A stretch of 64,000 nt of DNA from an uncultured delta proteobacterium. GTDB lineage: Bacteria > Desulfobacterota > Binatia > JACPRU01. The notes beneath the pieces were generated by a model, which was not told where the DNA came from, ran no database searches, and worked only from the letters and a program-made list of their open reading frames with translations. The stretch covers positions 113,181 to 177,180 of the forward strand of contig CAVQEA010000014.1 in NCBI GenBank assembly GCA_963711395.1. The letters are read 5' to 3'. Every line of letters starts with the position of its first letter. Position 1 is the stretch's first letter. Made by a program: the position numbers and the translations under genes. Of the stretch, positions 16,717-27,127 are shown piece by piece.

Positions 16717-17865
16717 GTGAGAAGGCTGCTCGTCCTGCTGCCGTGGCGACTCCTTTTGATCGTCGGCGGCGTGCTGGCGCTCGTCCGCTACACGCTCGGC
16801 GGCGGCGAGCGGCTCGAGGATCGCACGGGAGACCCGGTGCTCAAGGACACGGCGCTCGAGGTCGTTGCCGACTTGCCATTGCCGCCTGGCAACATCGCGG
16901 TGTCGCAGAGCGGACGCGTGTTCTTCACCTTCCATCCCGAAGCGAACCCGCCGATTCGCCTAGCGGAGCTCGTCGGCGGCAAGCCGGTGCCTTACCCCGA
17001 CGAGGAGTTCCAAAAGCCCGCCAGGGGCACGGCGCACTTCCAGACGCCGCTCGCCCTTCGCGTGGATCGCCAGGGACGCCTCTGGGTCCTCGACCACGGA
17101 GGCTATGGCATCACCGGACAACCCCGCATCCTCGCCTTCGATCTCAAGACCAACCGGCTCGTCGATCACTTCGATTTCCCGTCGAACGTGGCGGGCATGC
17201 TGTCGATGCTCAACGACTTCCAGGTCGACCCCGAGGGCCGACGAATCTACATCGCGGAAACGAGCCTGTTCGGCCGCCGCCCGGCGCTGATCGTCTACGA
17301 CGTCGCCAACCACACGGCGCGTCGCCTTCTGGAGCGGCATCCCTCGGTGATGCCGAAGGACTACCTGATCGACGCCGGCGGGCGCGAAATGACGATCTTC
17401 GGCTTCGTCACCCTGAAGATCGGCGTCGATTCGATCGCCCTCGACAAGCAAGGCCGCTGGCTCTACTACGCGCCCGTTTCGGATGACCGGATGTACCGCA
17501 TCGACACCAAGGACCTGGACGACACGCAGCTCACCGCGGAGGCGCTCGGCGCCAAGGTCGAGATCTGGGGACGCAAGACGTTGAGCGACGGCATCACCAT
17601 GGACGTGGAGGGAAATATCTACCTCTCCGACATGGAGCACTCGGCGATCGTCGAGCTGCGTCCCGACCATTCGCTGGTGACGTTGCTGAAAGACGCGCGG
17701 CTGCGCTGGCCAGACGGTTTCAGCTTCGGCCCCGACGGCTGGCTCTACGTCACCTGCAGCGCGCTCCAGCAGGTGATCCTCAGGAGCAAGCTTCAGATTC
17801 GCGGCGCAGCGCCGTATCAGATCTTCCGCTTCAAGCCCGCCGCGGCCGGCGTCCCGGGGCAGTGA
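16717..17865 (+). CDS. Major royal jelly protein / yellow family beta-propeller protein with an N-terminal TM/signal segment.
   Basis: LWVLDHGGYGITGQPRILAFDL, RIYIAETS, LYYAPVSDDRMYRIDTKDL, GITMDVEGNIYLSDMEHSAIV and GFSFGPDGWLYVT are the repeated MRJP/yellow motifs. 382 aa. Confidence 0.7.
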   Translation: MRRLLVLLPWRLLLIVGGVLALVRYTLGGGERLEDRTGDPVLKDTALEVVADLPLPPGNIAVSQSGRVFFTFHPEANPPIRLAELVGGKPVPYPDEEFQKPARGTAHFQTPLALRVDRQGRLWVLDHGGYGITGQPRILAFDLKTNRLVDHFDFPSNVAGMLSMLNDFQVDPEGRRIYIAETSLFGRRPALIVYDVANHTARRLLERHPSVMPKDYLIDAGGREMTIFGFVTLKIGVDSIALDKQGRWLYYAPVSDDRMYRIDTKDLDDTQLTAEALGAKVEIWGRKTLSDGITMDVEGNIYLSDMEHSAIVELRPDHSLVTLLKDARLRWPDGFSFGPDGWLYVTCSALQQVILRSKLQIRGAAPYQIFRFKPAAAGVPGQ

Positions 17866-17881
17866 CGCCCCGCGCGCGAGC

Positions 17882-18337
17882 TCACGCGTCGCGCTTGAGC
17901 GTCCCTTGCTCCATGGCCCGCAGTCGCTCGAGCGGCCTGTCCGACGAAGCCCGTCGAGCCGAGGACGGTTGACGCTTGAGGATCTGCAGCACCTCGTCCT
18001 GCGTGTGGCGCTCCGCGTCCCGTGAGGCGCGCCGGCCTCGGCCGAACATCCACAACACCGTCAGCCCCACGAGAATCGGCAACGCGTGCGGCACGACCGC
18101 CAGGATGATGAGCGCGGCGACGGGCCAGACGATCCGCGGTACGTTCGCGAGCGACGGCGAAAGCGTCTTCAGCGCCTGAGCCGCTGCCTCCGCGTCCCCG
18201 CCTGCCTTTGCGGCCTCGGCCGCCGAGGCGACGACCGAGGCGAGGCGCAGGCCTGCCGGCGAGCCGCCGCAATTCGGGCAACGCTCGAGCGAATCGCTGG
18301 TGTCGATGCCGCAGCTCTTGCAGCGAACGAGCGCCAT
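17882..18337 (-). CDS. Hypothetical zinc-ribbon protein with a central TM helix.
   Basis: N-terminal CKSCG...CPNCG zinc ribbon, and a hydrophobic stretch IVWPVAALIILAVVPHALPILVGLTVLWMF. Confidence 0.5.
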   Translation of the reverse strand: MALVRCKSCGIDTSDSLERCPNCGGSPAGLRLASVVASAAEAAKAGGDAEAAAQALKTLSPSLANVPRIVWPVAALIILAVVPHALPILVGLTVLWMFGRGRRASRDAERHTQDEVLQILKRQPSSARRASSDRPLERLRAMEQGTLKRDA

Positions 18338-18347
18338 CGGCGCCGGC

Positions 18348-19265
18348 TCAGAAATTCAACTTCAACCCCGGACGCGGCCACTTGGTCGATACGAGCTTGC
18401 CGGTTCCCGAGAGCGTGACGTATGCGGTGGTGAGATCCGGTCCGCCGAAGCAGACGTTGGTGGTCAGCGGGTCGGGCATCGGCACGTGGCTCACCTTCGA
18501 TCCATCGGCCGAAACGACGGTGACGCCGCCGTTGATGATCGTCGCCACGCAGACGTTGCCGGCAGAATCGACCGCCATCGAATCCAGGAGCTGGAAGCCG
18601 GGGAGGCCCGTCAGCAAGCGGCCGCCGGCGGGTGTGAACAGCTCGGCCCCGGCCTTGATCTCCCCCGGACCGGAGAGGTCCCACGCCCAGATCCGCGCGG
18701 TCCAGGTCTCGGCGACGTACAGCGTCTTCCCGTCCGGTGAGAGGCCGACGCCGTTCGGCGAATCGATCGGATAGATCGCCTCGCGGATCATCGACCCGTC
18801 CGGCTTGGCGTAGTAGACGCCGGTGCGGTCGCGGTCGCGTTCGCGCACCTTGCCGTGGTCCGTGAACCAGAAGCCGCCGCTCTTGTCGAAGACGATGTCG
18901 TTCGGGCCGCGCAGCGGATGGCCGTCGCACTTCGTGTAGATCACCTCGACTTTGCCGCTATCGACGTCGACGCGCTCGATGCGACCACCGCTGTAGTCCG
19001 CCGGCTGGTGGCCCGGAACCGTCATGCCGTTCATCTCGTGCCATTCGAAGCCGCCGTCGTTGCAGACGTAGAGCTTGCCGTCGGGCCCGAACGCCGCGCC
19101 GTTCGGCCCGCCGCCGGTCTTGGCGACGACCTGGACCTTGCCGCTCGGGGTCACGCGCGAGACGGTGCCGCGCTTGATCTCGACGAGGATCACGCTGCCG
19201 TCCGGCATGGCGATCGGCCCTTCGGGAAACTGGAGTCCTGAAGCGATTTCTCGGATCTCGGCCAT
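18348..19265 (-). CDS. SMP-30/gluconolactonase/LRE family protein (305 aa).
   Basis: EGP...DG, GPNG, LYVCNDGG, GPNDIVFDKSGGFWFTD, PNGVGLSPDGKTLYVAE, NVCFGGPDLTTAYVT are the six-blade propeller motifs of this family. Confidence 0.8.
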   Translation of the reverse strand: MAEIREIASGLQFPEGPIAMPDGSVILVEIKRGTVSRVTPSGKVQVVAKTGGGPNGAAFGPDGKLYVCNDGGFEWHEMNGMTVPGHQPADYSGGRIERVDVDSGKVEVIYTKCDGHPLRGPNDIVFDKSGGFWFTDHGKVRERDRDRTGVYYAKPDGSMIREAIYPIDSPNGVGLSPDGKTLYVAETWTARIWAWDLSGPGEIKAGAELFTPAGGRLLTGLPGFQLLDSMAVDSAGNVCVATIINGGVTVVSADGSKVSHVPMPDPLTTNVCFGGPDLTTAYVTLSGTGKLVSTKWPRPGLKLNF

Positions 19266-19496
19266 GGTTTTCTCCTTTTCTTGCGGGCGACGCCCCGTCC
19301 GTCGGCACCTGTCGTCCTGCTCGGCGGGCCGCGGAAGCCCTATCCATGACGCAGGTGGCGGCGGAATTCCAGTTTCGCGCTTCGACCCGAAATTTCGAGT
19401 TGACCGCGATCGCGAGCGCGGAGAATCCCGAGAGGGGCCCAGATCCTCGCGTCGTCGGCGGCGCCGTTCGCGCTCATGCTGCCGTAGGACCCTGGT

Positions 19497-19546
19497 TGAC
19501 TCAGACCGTCCGGACGGTACCTTCCGTCCAGACGGTCCTACTCGAG
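19497..19546. promoter_or_regulatory. Candidate TetR operator: a perfect 14-bp palindrome plus an adjacent imperfect copy, upstream of the TetR-efflux operon.
   Basis: ACCGTCCGGACGGT is a perfect palindrome. It is followed 6 bp later by CCGTCCAGACGG, within ttgactcagaccgtccggacggtaccttccgtccagacggtcct. Confidence 0.5.
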
Positions 19547-19563
19547 TCGCGAAAGGGGGATGG

Positions 19564-20170
19564 CATGCAGCACGAACGGGTGCTCGACGCGGCGGAAGCG
19601 GTGGTGGTGCGAGACGGGACCGCCAACTTGACCCTCGACGCCGTTGCAGCCGAAGCCGGCATCAGCAAGGGCGGCTTGCTGCATCACTTCCCGACCAAGG
19701 ACCGCCTCGTCGAAGCGCTGGTGAAGCGCTGCGCCGAGAACTGGCGGGCGCAGTACATGGACGCGTACGCGCGAGCCCCCGAAGGGCCGGGGCGAATGGC
19801 GCGCGCGCTACTGACCCACTGCTTATCCGATGCGCAATGCTGGACGGACCAGCTTCGCCGAAGCTCCTCGGCCGTGTTCGCCGCCCTCGCCCAGAACCCA
19901 GCCCTGATCGAGCCGATGCGCGCGGTCTACAGCGACCTCCACCGCCGGATCGCCGAGGACGGGTTGCCGCCGGGCGTCGGCGAGACGGTCGTCGCCGCCA
20001 CCGACGGGCTGTGGCTCGAGTGGGTGCTCGGACTGGTGCCCGTCAACCAAGACCTCGTCGTGCGCGTGCGCCGCGGCCTCGAGGATTTGCTCGCGCGGTC
20101 CAAGCCGGCTCGCCCGTCCCGCAAGGCGAAGCGACTGCCGGTCAAGCGCGGCGCGAGGCGCGGCGCATGA
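19564..20170 (+). CDS. TetR/AcrR family transcriptional regulator. It is the likely repressor of the downstream efflux operon.
   Basis: RVLDAAEAVVVRDGTANLTLDAVAAEAGISKGGLLHHFPTKDRLVEAL is the TetR_N HTH. The palindromic operator lies immediately upstream. Confidence 0.85.
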
Positions 20171-21276
20171 GTCGCCGAGGTCGCATCGGCTCCGTGCTGC
20201 TGATCGCCTCGGCGCTCTCGCTCGCGAGCGGCCTCGCCGCGTGGAAAGTCCTCTCCGTGCGGCGCGCCGACGCCGAGCTGTCTAGCCGGCCCGAGCCGAT
20301 GGAGTCGGTGATCGTCGCCGTCGCGAGGGAGGTCAGCCAGAGGGAAGAGACGACCTCGATCGGCACGGTCGTGGCGCTGCGCTCGATCACCCTGCGCAAC
20401 GAGCTCGCCGGCACCGTCCACCAAGTCGCTCTCACCCCTGGGCAAGTGGTCGAAGCGGGCGCGCTGCTCGTGGCACTCGACGTTTCCGTCGAGGAGGCCG
20501 AGCTGAAGGCCGAGAAGGCGCAAGCGGCGCTCGCGGACGCCATGCTCGGACGCATGCAGCGGGCGAACCAGACCCACGCCGCGTCCGACATGGAGGTGGA
20601 TCAAGCGCGCGCGGAGCGCGACGTCGCGCTGGCGCGGATCGCGCGTACCGAGGCGATCATCGCTCGCAAGACGATCCGGGCTCCGTTTCGCGCCCGCGTC
20701 GGCATCGCCGACGTCCACCCCGGCCAATACCTGAGTGAAGGCACGCAGCTGACGACGCTGCAGGGAGTCGACGACGGCGCCCACGTGGATTTCACAGTCC
20801 CGCAGAGAGTCGCCACGGAACTTCGCGTCGGCGACGGCGTCGAGATCTACGCCGCGAACGGTGCACAGCCGATCGCTGCCCAGATCGTCGCGATCGACTC
20901 GCGAGTCGATCCGGCGACTCGCAACGTCATGATCCGCGCGAAGATCGCAGGCGCCGACGCGCCGGCGCCGGGAGCGTCGGTGCGCGTGCGCGTTCCGGTC
21001 GGCCCGGCGCTCAAAGGCGTCGCCGTGCCGGTGAGCGCGCTGCGCAGGGGCCCGGAGGGCGACCACGTATTCGTGATCGCGCCGGGGAGTGACGGCAAGA
21101 CGCGCGCCCACCTCCGCCCGGTCGAGAGCGGCGCCGTGCTCGGCGACGAAGTCGTGATCCGCGCGGGGGTGGCCGCGGGCGAGGTGGTGGCGGCCTCGGG
21201 TGCGTTCAAGCTGCGTGAGGCGGCGCTGGTCGCGGTCGTGGACAAGCAGGTCGCGGACTCGGGCGGAACGAAGTGA
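20167..21276 (+). CDS. Efflux RND transporter periplasmic adaptor (membrane fusion protein).
   Basis: Signal/TM segment, coiled-coil hairpin LDVSVEEAELKAEKAQAALADA...ARAERDVALARIARTEAIIARKTIRAPFRARV, and a beta-barrel/MP domain. The start overlaps the TetR stop and the end overlaps the RND start. Confidence 0.85.
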   Translation: MSRRGRIGSVLLIASALSLASGLAAWKVLSVRRADAELSSRPEPMESVIVAVAREVSQREETTSIGTVVALRSITLRNELAGTVHQVALTPGQVVEAGALLVALDVSVEEAELKAEKAQAALADAMLGRMQRANQTHAASDMEVDQARAERDVALARIARTEAIIARKTIRAPFRARVGIADVHPGQYLSEGTQLTTLQGVDDGAHVDFTVPQRVATELRVGDGVEIYAANGAQPIAAQIVAIDSRVDPATRNVMIRAKIAGADAPAPGASVRVRVPVGPALKGVAVPVSALRRGPEGDHVFVIAPGSDGKTRAHLRPVESGAVLGDEVVIRAGVAAGEVVAASGAFKLREAALVAVVDKQVADSGGTK

Positions 21277-24200
21277 ACGGCATGCGCTCGATCACGGACG
21301 TCTTCATCCAACGCCCGGTGCTGGCGATCGTCGTCAACCTCGTACTGGTGCTCGTCGGCTGGCGCGCTCTCTCCTCGCTCCCGGTTCAGCAATATCCGAC
21401 CATCGAGAGCTCTTCCGTGTTGATCACCACGGTCTACACGGGCGCGAGCGCCGATACCGTTCGCGGGTTCCTGACCACGCCGATCGAGCGCGTGGTGTCG
21501 GCAATCAGCGGCGTCGACTACATCGAGTCGACCAGCCGCGCCGGCGTCAGCACGGTCACGGTCCGGTTGAAGCTCAACCACAGCAGCACCGCGGCGCTCG
21601 CCGAGGTCACGGCGCGGCTCCAGCAGGTCCGCTCGGAGCTGCCCGCCGAGGCCGAGCCTCCGATCGTCGAGGTGCAGCGCGCCGACCGGCCCTACGCGAC
21701 CTTCTACCTGAGCTTCACCTCCAAGGAGCGGAGCGTCTCGGCGCTCACGGACTGGCTCGCGCGCACGCTGCAGCCGCAGTTCGCAACACTGCCGGGCGTG
21801 CAGCGGGTCGGCGTCGAAGGCGGCCGCCCGATCGCCATGCGGGTCTGGATCCAGCCCGACCGCCTCGCGGCGCTCAACCTCACGCCCGGCGACGTGCAGG
21901 CGGCGCTGCGGCGCAACAACTACCTCGCGGCGGTCGGCCAGACGAAGGGGAACCTCGTACAGGTCGACCTGCTCGCCAATACCGACCTGCGCTCGGTCGA
22001 CGAGTTCCGCGACCTGGTCGTCGCCGATCGCGGCGGCGCGATGGTGCGCCTTTCCGACGTGGCGCGGGTCGAGCTCGGTGCCGAGGAAGCGGAGCTGGTC
22101 GCGAAGTACAACGACAAAGAAGGCGTCTACCTGTCGGTGTGGCCCATGGTCGGCTCGAACGAGATCGAGGTCGCCCACCGCCTGCGCGCCGAGATGGAGC
22201 GCCTGCGACCGACGCTGCCGCCCGACATCGACATGGAGCTCGCCTACGACGGCGCGATGTTCATGGAAGAAGCCTTGAAGGAGATCACCAAGACGCTCTC
22301 CGAGACGATCTTCATCGTCGGCGTCGTGGTCTTCTTGTTCATGGGCTCGCTCCGCACCGCGCTCGTGCCGCTGGTCGCCATGCCGGTCTCGCTGATCGGC
22401 GCTGGGATCGTCATGTACGTTTTCGGCTTCAGCCTCAACCTGCTGACGATCCTCGCCATCGTGCTGTCGGTCGGATTGGTCGTCGACGACGCGATCGTCG
22501 TCGTCGAGAACGTAGAGCGCCACGTGCGGGCAGGTAACCCCCGGATCGAAGCGGCGCTGGTGGGCGCGCGCGAGCTCGTCGGTCCGATCGTGGCGATGAC
22601 GATCACGTTGGCCGCGGTCTACACACCGATCGGTTTCCAGGGGGGGTTGACCGGCACCTTGTTCCTGGAGTTCGCCTTCACGCTCGCCGCCGCGGTCGTG
22701 GTGTCGGGCGTGGTCGCGATCACCCTCTCTCCGGTCATGAGCTCGCGCTGCGTGCATCCCCACGGCGAGGCTGGCCGGTTGGCCATCCTGGTGAACCGCG
22801 CCTTCGAGGTCGTACGCGACACCTACACGCGGCTGCTCGACGCCGCGATCGAGATACGCTGGGCGATCGTTGCCGTCGCCTTGCTCGTCACGGCCGCGGC
22901 GTGGCCGCTCTATCGCTACTCGCTGTCCGAGCTCGCACCGGTGGAGGACCAGAGCCACATCAGCCTTTTCTTCGAGGCGTCACCGGATTCCACGGTGGAG
23001 GCATCCAATCGCGAGTCACAAGGGATCGTCAAGAAAATCATGACGTTTCCCGAAGCCAAGAACATGTGGTCGCTGACCGCCGCTTGGGGCGGCTTCGGGG
23101 GCATGGACGCCAAGGACTGGCGGCAGCGCAAGCGCTCGACCGCGGAGATGTACGGGGACGTCTACGGAGCGGTCTCCCAAGTGGCGGGGCTGCGCGTGTT
23201 TCCCCGCCTCGACCCGCCGCTGCCGAACGCCGGCCAATACGACGTCGAGCTCGTGCTGCAGAGCGATCGGCCCCCCGAGCAGATGCTCGAGGCCACGAAA
23301 GCGGTCGTCGACGCCGGTTGGAAGAGCGGCATGTTCTTGTACGTCGACACCGACCTGAAGATCGACATGCAGCAAACGCGCGTGGTGATCGATCGCGACC
23401 AACTCGCCGATCTCGGCCTCGACCTGGCCGGCGTCGGCCGTGAGCTCGGTACACTGCTCGGCGGCGCCTACGTGAATCGGTTCAACTTCTTCGATCGCAG
23501 CTACAAGGTCATCCCACAGATCGGCGACGACGACCGCGCCACGCTCGGTCCGCTTCTCGACCTCAAGGTCAAGACGCCGGGCGGCCAACTCGTGCCGGTA
23601 TCGACCTTCACTCGCATCGAGACGAGCACCGCGCCGCGCACGTTGAACCGTTTCCAGCAGCGCAACGCCGTGCGGGTGTTCGGCGGCGTCGCGCCGCGCG
23701 TCACCAAGGAGCAGGGGCTGCGTGTCCTGGAATCGGCCGCGGCGGCGGCCGGCGGACCCGGCGTCGTCCTCGACTACGCAGGAGAGTCGCGACAGATCCG
23801 TCGCGAGGGCTCGGCGCTGACCGTCACGCTCGGGTTCGCGGTGGTGCTCATCTATCTGGTGCTCGCCGCGCAATTCCACAGCTTCCGCGACCCGCTGATC
23901 GTGCTGCTCGGTTCGGTCCCGCTGGCGATCTCGGGCGCGTTGATCACGAGCTTTCTCGGGCTAACGACGATCAACATCTACTCCCAGGTCGGGCTGATCA
24001 CGCTGGTCGGGCTGATCGCCAAGAACGGCATCCTGATCGTCGAATTCGCCAACGTTCTGCAAAGCCGTGGCATCGCCAAGGCCGTGGCGCTGCGCGAGGC
24101 GGCGGTGACGCGTCTTCGGCCGGTGCTCATGACCTCGGCCGCGACCGTCTTCGGCCACCTCCCGCTGGTGTTCGTCTCGGGACCAGGGGCCAAGGCCCGT

Positions 24201-24383
24201 AACAGCATCGGGATGGTGCTGGTCACGGGCATGACCATCGGCACGCTGTTCACGCTGTTCGTCGTGCCGGTGTTCTACTCGCTGATCGCGAAGGTGCACG
24301 AGCCGAGCCCGGCGCGCGAGGTGCGTCCGGTGGGCAAAGCCGCGCACCGGGAAAGCGAAGAGGAAAGGCGATGGGGCACTTGA
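21273..24383 (+). CDS. Efflux RND transporter permease (AcrB/CzcA superfamily), 1036 aa, intact.
   Basis: MRSITDVFIQRPVLAIVVNLVLVLVG, 12-TM architecture with two large periplasmic loops, LSVGLVVDDAIVVVENVERH. Confidence 0.9.
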   Translation: MNGMRSITDVFIQRPVLAIVVNLVLVLVGWRALSSLPVQQYPTIESSSVLITTVYTGASADTVRGFLTTPIERVVSAISGVDYIESTSRAGVSTVTVRLKLNHSSTAALAEVTARLQQVRSELPAEAEPPIVEVQRADRPYATFYLSFTSKERSVSALTDWLARTLQPQFATLPGVQRVGVEGGRPIAMRVWIQPDRLAALNLTPGDVQAALRRNNYLAAVGQTKGNLVQVDLLANTDLRSVDEFRDLVVADRGGAMVRLSDVARVELGAEEAELVAKYNDKEGVYLSVWPMVGSNEIEVAHRLRAEMERLRPTLPPDIDMELAYDGAMFMEEALKEITKTLSETIFIVGVVVFLFMGSLRTALVPLVAMPVSLIGAGIVMYVFGFSLNLLTILAIVLSVGLVVDDAIVVVENVERHVRAGNPRIEAALVGARELVGPIVAMTITLAAVYTPIGFQGGLTGTLFLEFAFTLAAAVVVSGVVAITLSPVMSSRCVHPHGEAGRLAILVNRAFEVVRDTYTRLLDAAIEIRWAIVAVALLVTAAAWPLYRYSLSELAPVEDQSHISLFFEASPDSTVEASNRESQGIVKKIMTFPEAKNMWSLTAAWGGFGGMDAKDWRQRKRSTAEMYGDVYGAVSQVAGLRVFPRLDPPLPNAGQYDVELVLQSDRPPEQMLEATKAVVDAGWKSGMFLYVDTDLKIDMQQTRVVIDRDQLADLGLDLAGVGRELGTLLGGAYVNRFNFFDRSYKVIPQIGDDDRATLGPLLDLKVKTPGGQLVPVSTFTRIETSTAPRTLNRFQQRNAVRVFGGVAPRVTKEQGLRVLESAAAAAGGPGVVLDYAGESRQIRREGSALTVTLGFAVVLIYLVLAAQFHSFRDPLIVLLGSVPLAISGALITSFLGLTTINIYSQVGLITLVGLIAKNGILIVEFANVLQSRGIAKAVALREAAVTRLRPVLMTSAATVFGHLPLVFVSGPGAKARNSIGMVLVTGMTIGTLFTLFVVPVFYSLIAKVHEPSPAREVRPVGKAAHRESEEERRWGT

Positions 24384-25789
24384 GTCGGCTGACCGCACTG
24401 CTCGCGCCGTGCTTCGTGCTCGCGAGCTGCATGCTCGGCCCCGACTACACGCGACCCACGGTGACCACGCCGGACGCTTGGCGCAACGATGCATCCGCTA
24501 CGGACACAGCCTCGCTCGCCAATCTCCCTTGGTGGGACCTCTTCGCGGACGAGGAGCTTCGCGGCTACGTGAAGGACGCTCTCGAGGCCAACGACGACCT
24601 GCGGATCGCCGTCGCCCGAGTCGACCAAGCTCGGGCACGGCTCGGCGTCACGCGCGCCGCCCAGTTTCCCCAAGTCGACGGCAGCGGGCGTTACTCGCGC
24701 GAGCGCCTCTCCCAAGTTGGCACGACTTTTCTGCCGCCGGACGAGCCTGCCGAGACGGACGACTTCGCGCTCTCCGCCGACGGCTCGTTCGAGCTCGACC
24801 TTTGGGGAAAACTCCGGCGCGCCAGCGAGGCCGCTGGCGCGGAGCTTCTCGCCAGCGAAGCGGCGCGGCACGCCGTGGTGACGACGCTCGTCGCCGACGT
24901 CGCCACCACGTACCTGCGGCTGCGCGAGCTGGACCTCGAGCTCGAGATCACACGCAACACCGTTGCCGCCCGCGAACAGTCTCTCGGTATCGTGCGGGAT
25001 CGCTATGAGGCGGGGCTGACCTCCGTGCTCGACTTCCGCCAGGCAGAGGCCGACCTCGAGAGCACGGTCGCGGAGGTCCCCGATCTCGAGCGCCTGATCA
25101 CCCAGAGCGAAAACCAGCTGAGCATTCTCCTGGGCCGCGATCCGGGCCCGATCTCGCGAGGCAAGCCGCTGGTTGCGCAGACCTTTCCCCCCGAGGTGCC
25201 CGCCGGTCTGCCCTCGGCCCTCCTCGAACGCCGTCCCGACGTTCGCCAAGCAGAGGACACCCTGATCGCCGCCAACGCCGAGATCGGAGTCGCCAAGGCG
25301 GCGTTCTTCCCTCAGATCTTCCTCACCGGTGCATTCGGCGTCGAGAGCGTGGCACTCTCCGATCTCTTCACCGGGCCGGCGCGCACCTGGCAGTTCGGAC
25401 CAACGGTGACGCTGCCCATCTTTCGCGGCGGCCGGAATCGCGCGAACCTCCAGCTCGCCGAGGCGCAGCAGCAAGAGGCCTTGGCTCGCTACGAGCAGGC
25501 GATCCAGCGAGCCTTTCGCGAGGCCGAAGACGCGCTCGTAGCGCGCCGCAAAGCCCGCGAGACGCTGGTCGCGCGGCGAAAAGCGGTCGAGTCTTCACGC
25601 GAAGCGCTGCACGTGGCCGAGTTTCGCTACACGAGCGGGCTCACCAGCTATCTCGCCGTGCTCGAAACGCAGCGCACGTTCTTCGCCGCTGAGATCGCCG
25701 AGAGCCGTACGCTGCTTGCCGAGCTCGTCGCCGTGGTGCAGCTCTACCGCGCGCTCGGCGGCGGCTGGAGCAACGCCGAGAGCGCTTGA
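24371..25789 (+). CDS. Efflux transporter outer membrane factor lipoprotein (NodT/OprM family), 472 aa.
   Basis: Lipobox LASCMLGPDY, then WW..F.D..L..LV..AL..N.DL, with the two-repeat OEP architecture. It is the last gene of the TetR-MFP-RND-OMF operon. Confidence 0.85.
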   Translation: MGHLSRLTALLAPCFVLASCMLGPDYTRPTVTTPDAWRNDASATDTASLANLPWWDLFADEELRGYVKDALEANDDLRIAVARVDQARARLGVTRAAQFPQVDGSGRYSRERLSQVGTTFLPPDEPAETDDFALSADGSFELDLWGKLRRASEAAGAELLASEAARHAVVTTLVADVATTYLRLRELDLELEITRNTVAAREQSLGIVRDRYEAGLTSVLDFRQAEADLESTVAEVPDLERLITQSENQLSILLGRDPGPISRGKPLVAQTFPPEVPAGLPSALLERRPDVRQAEDTLIAANAEIGVAKAAFFPQIFLTGAFGVESVALSDLFTGPARTWQFGPTVTLPIFRGGRNRANLQLAEAQQQEALARYEQAIQRAFREAEDALVARRKARETLVARRKAVESSREALHVAEFRYTSGLTSYLAVLETQRTFFAAEIAESRTLLAELVAVVQLYRALGGGWSNAESA

Positions 25790-25831
25790 AGGCCTCGCAC
25801 CGGGCGACGCTCCCCCGGGTCAGCCGGCCGG

Positions 25832-27067
25832 CTAAGACCCCGAGGCCGCGACCAGCGCGGCCCGGAAATCCGGGTGCGAGATCGCGATCAGCGCCTCGGC
25901 ACGAGCTCGCAGGGTCTTCCCCTTCAAGCGGGCGATGCCGTATTCGGTCACCACGACGTCGGTCGAGTATCGCGGCGTCGTCACCACCGAACCCGGTGCG
26001 AGCTGCGCGACGATGCGCGAGCGCCGTCCGTCCTCCGTCGTCGACGGCAGGGCGAGAATCGCGACGCCGCCGCGGCTTCGCGAGGCCGCATCGACGTAGT
26101 CCTGGCTGCCGCCCACCCCGCTGATCTGGACGGGGCCGATGGTTTCGCCGTTGGCCTGGCCCTGCAGGTCGACTTCGACGGTGGAGTTGATCGAGGTGAA
26201 GCGCGGTAGGCGGCCGAGCCCGGCCACGTCATGCGTCACTCGCGTCGTCGCCATGCGCACCTGCCGCGCGCGGCCACAGAACTCGTAGAAAGGGCGGTCG
26301 CCGGCGAGCTCTCCTGTGGTGATCTCGGGCGTGTGCCGGGCTTCTTCCACGAAGCGCTGCAGGCCTTGCGAGAGCATGCCGGACATCAGGTTGACGCCGC
26401 GCTTCTCGGCGAGGCGGACGAGCACGCGATCGGGCACCGAGCCGACCCCGAGCTGCACCCAGGCGCGGTCCGGGACCAGGTCGAGAACGTGGTCGACGAT
26501 GCGCTCGCTCCGCTCCGTAGCCGCAGGCATGCGGTATTCGCCGAGCGGTGCATCGGATTCCACGCCGAGATGGATCCGCTCCACCGGCACGCGGCTGTCA
26601 CCGGCGGTCCACGGCATGTGCGGGTTGATCTCGGCGATCACCAGCGACGCGGAGCGGATGAAGTCCTGGTACAGGCTCACGGAGACACCGAGGCTCACCT
26701 GCCCCCGCCGCGGCGCCGACACCTGCACCAGCACCACGTCGGGCCGGATCGGCCCGGTCTTCGAAACGATGCGCGTGACCTCGCCGAAGCGCATCGGCAC
26801 GTAGTCCGCCTTGCCGTCGGCGAAGAGCTGGCGGATGTGCGGCGCCGCCTGCCAGCTCAAATAGCGGAAATGCGTGCCGAGACCGTGCTCGAGGAAGCGG
26901 TAGTCGCCGAAGGAATAGCCCGAATAGAGGGTCAGGCGACGGAAGCGCTCGACCTGTCCCTGGAACGCAGGCACCAGGGCGTTGAGCTCGATCGTGCCGC
27001 CGGGAAAGACCACGTTCGAACCGTCGGGAATCTCGCGAATGGCCTCGGCCGCGCTGACCTTCTTCAC
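25832..27067 (-). CDS. Acetyl-CoA hydrolase/transferase family protein (4-hydroxybutyrate/succinyl-CoA:acetate CoA-transferase-like), 411 aa.
   Basis: AIREIPDGSNVVFPGGTIELNALV, ...GVGSVPDRV..., SGVGGSQDYVDAA, VTEYGIARLKGKTLRARAEALIAISHPDFR. Confidence 0.8.
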   Translation of the reverse strand: MKKVSAAEAIREIPDGSNVVFPGGTIELNALVPAFQGQVERFRRLTLYSGYSFGDYRFLEHGLGTHFRYLSWQAAPHIRQLFADGKADYVPMRFGEVTRIVSKTGPIRPDVVLVQVSAPRRGQVSLGVSVSLYQDFIRSASLVIAEINPHMPWTAGDSRVPVERIHLGVESDAPLGEYRMPAATERSERIVDHVLDLVPDRAWVQLGVGSVPDRVLVRLAEKRGVNLMSGMLSQGLQRFVEEARHTPEITTGELAGDRPFYEFCGRARQVRMATTRVTHDVAGLGRLPRFTSINSTVEVDLQGQANGETIGPVQISGVGGSQDYVDAASRSRGGVAILALPSTTEDGRRSRIVAQLAPGSVVTTPRYSTDVVVTEYGIARLKGKTLRARAEALIAISHPDFRAALVAASGS

Positions 27068-27127
27068 GGCGAGGTCTTTCCCAGATCGCGGTTCTGGTGT
27101 CTACGCTAGCTCGGTAGGAGGCGGACT

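Noticed and set aside
15317-16935. Overlapping ORFs of 243-432 aa on both strands around the LpxL-family gene
   Set aside because: They are alternative-frame shadows of the acyltransferase gene. Only the 15690..16691 frame carries the acyltransferase motifs.
20847-22958. 703-aa minus-strand ORF, plus several 200-450-aa ORFs in the same region
   Set aside because: They are opposite the intact RND permease and membrane-fusion genes. Their products are extremely Arg/Asp/His-rich with no domain features.
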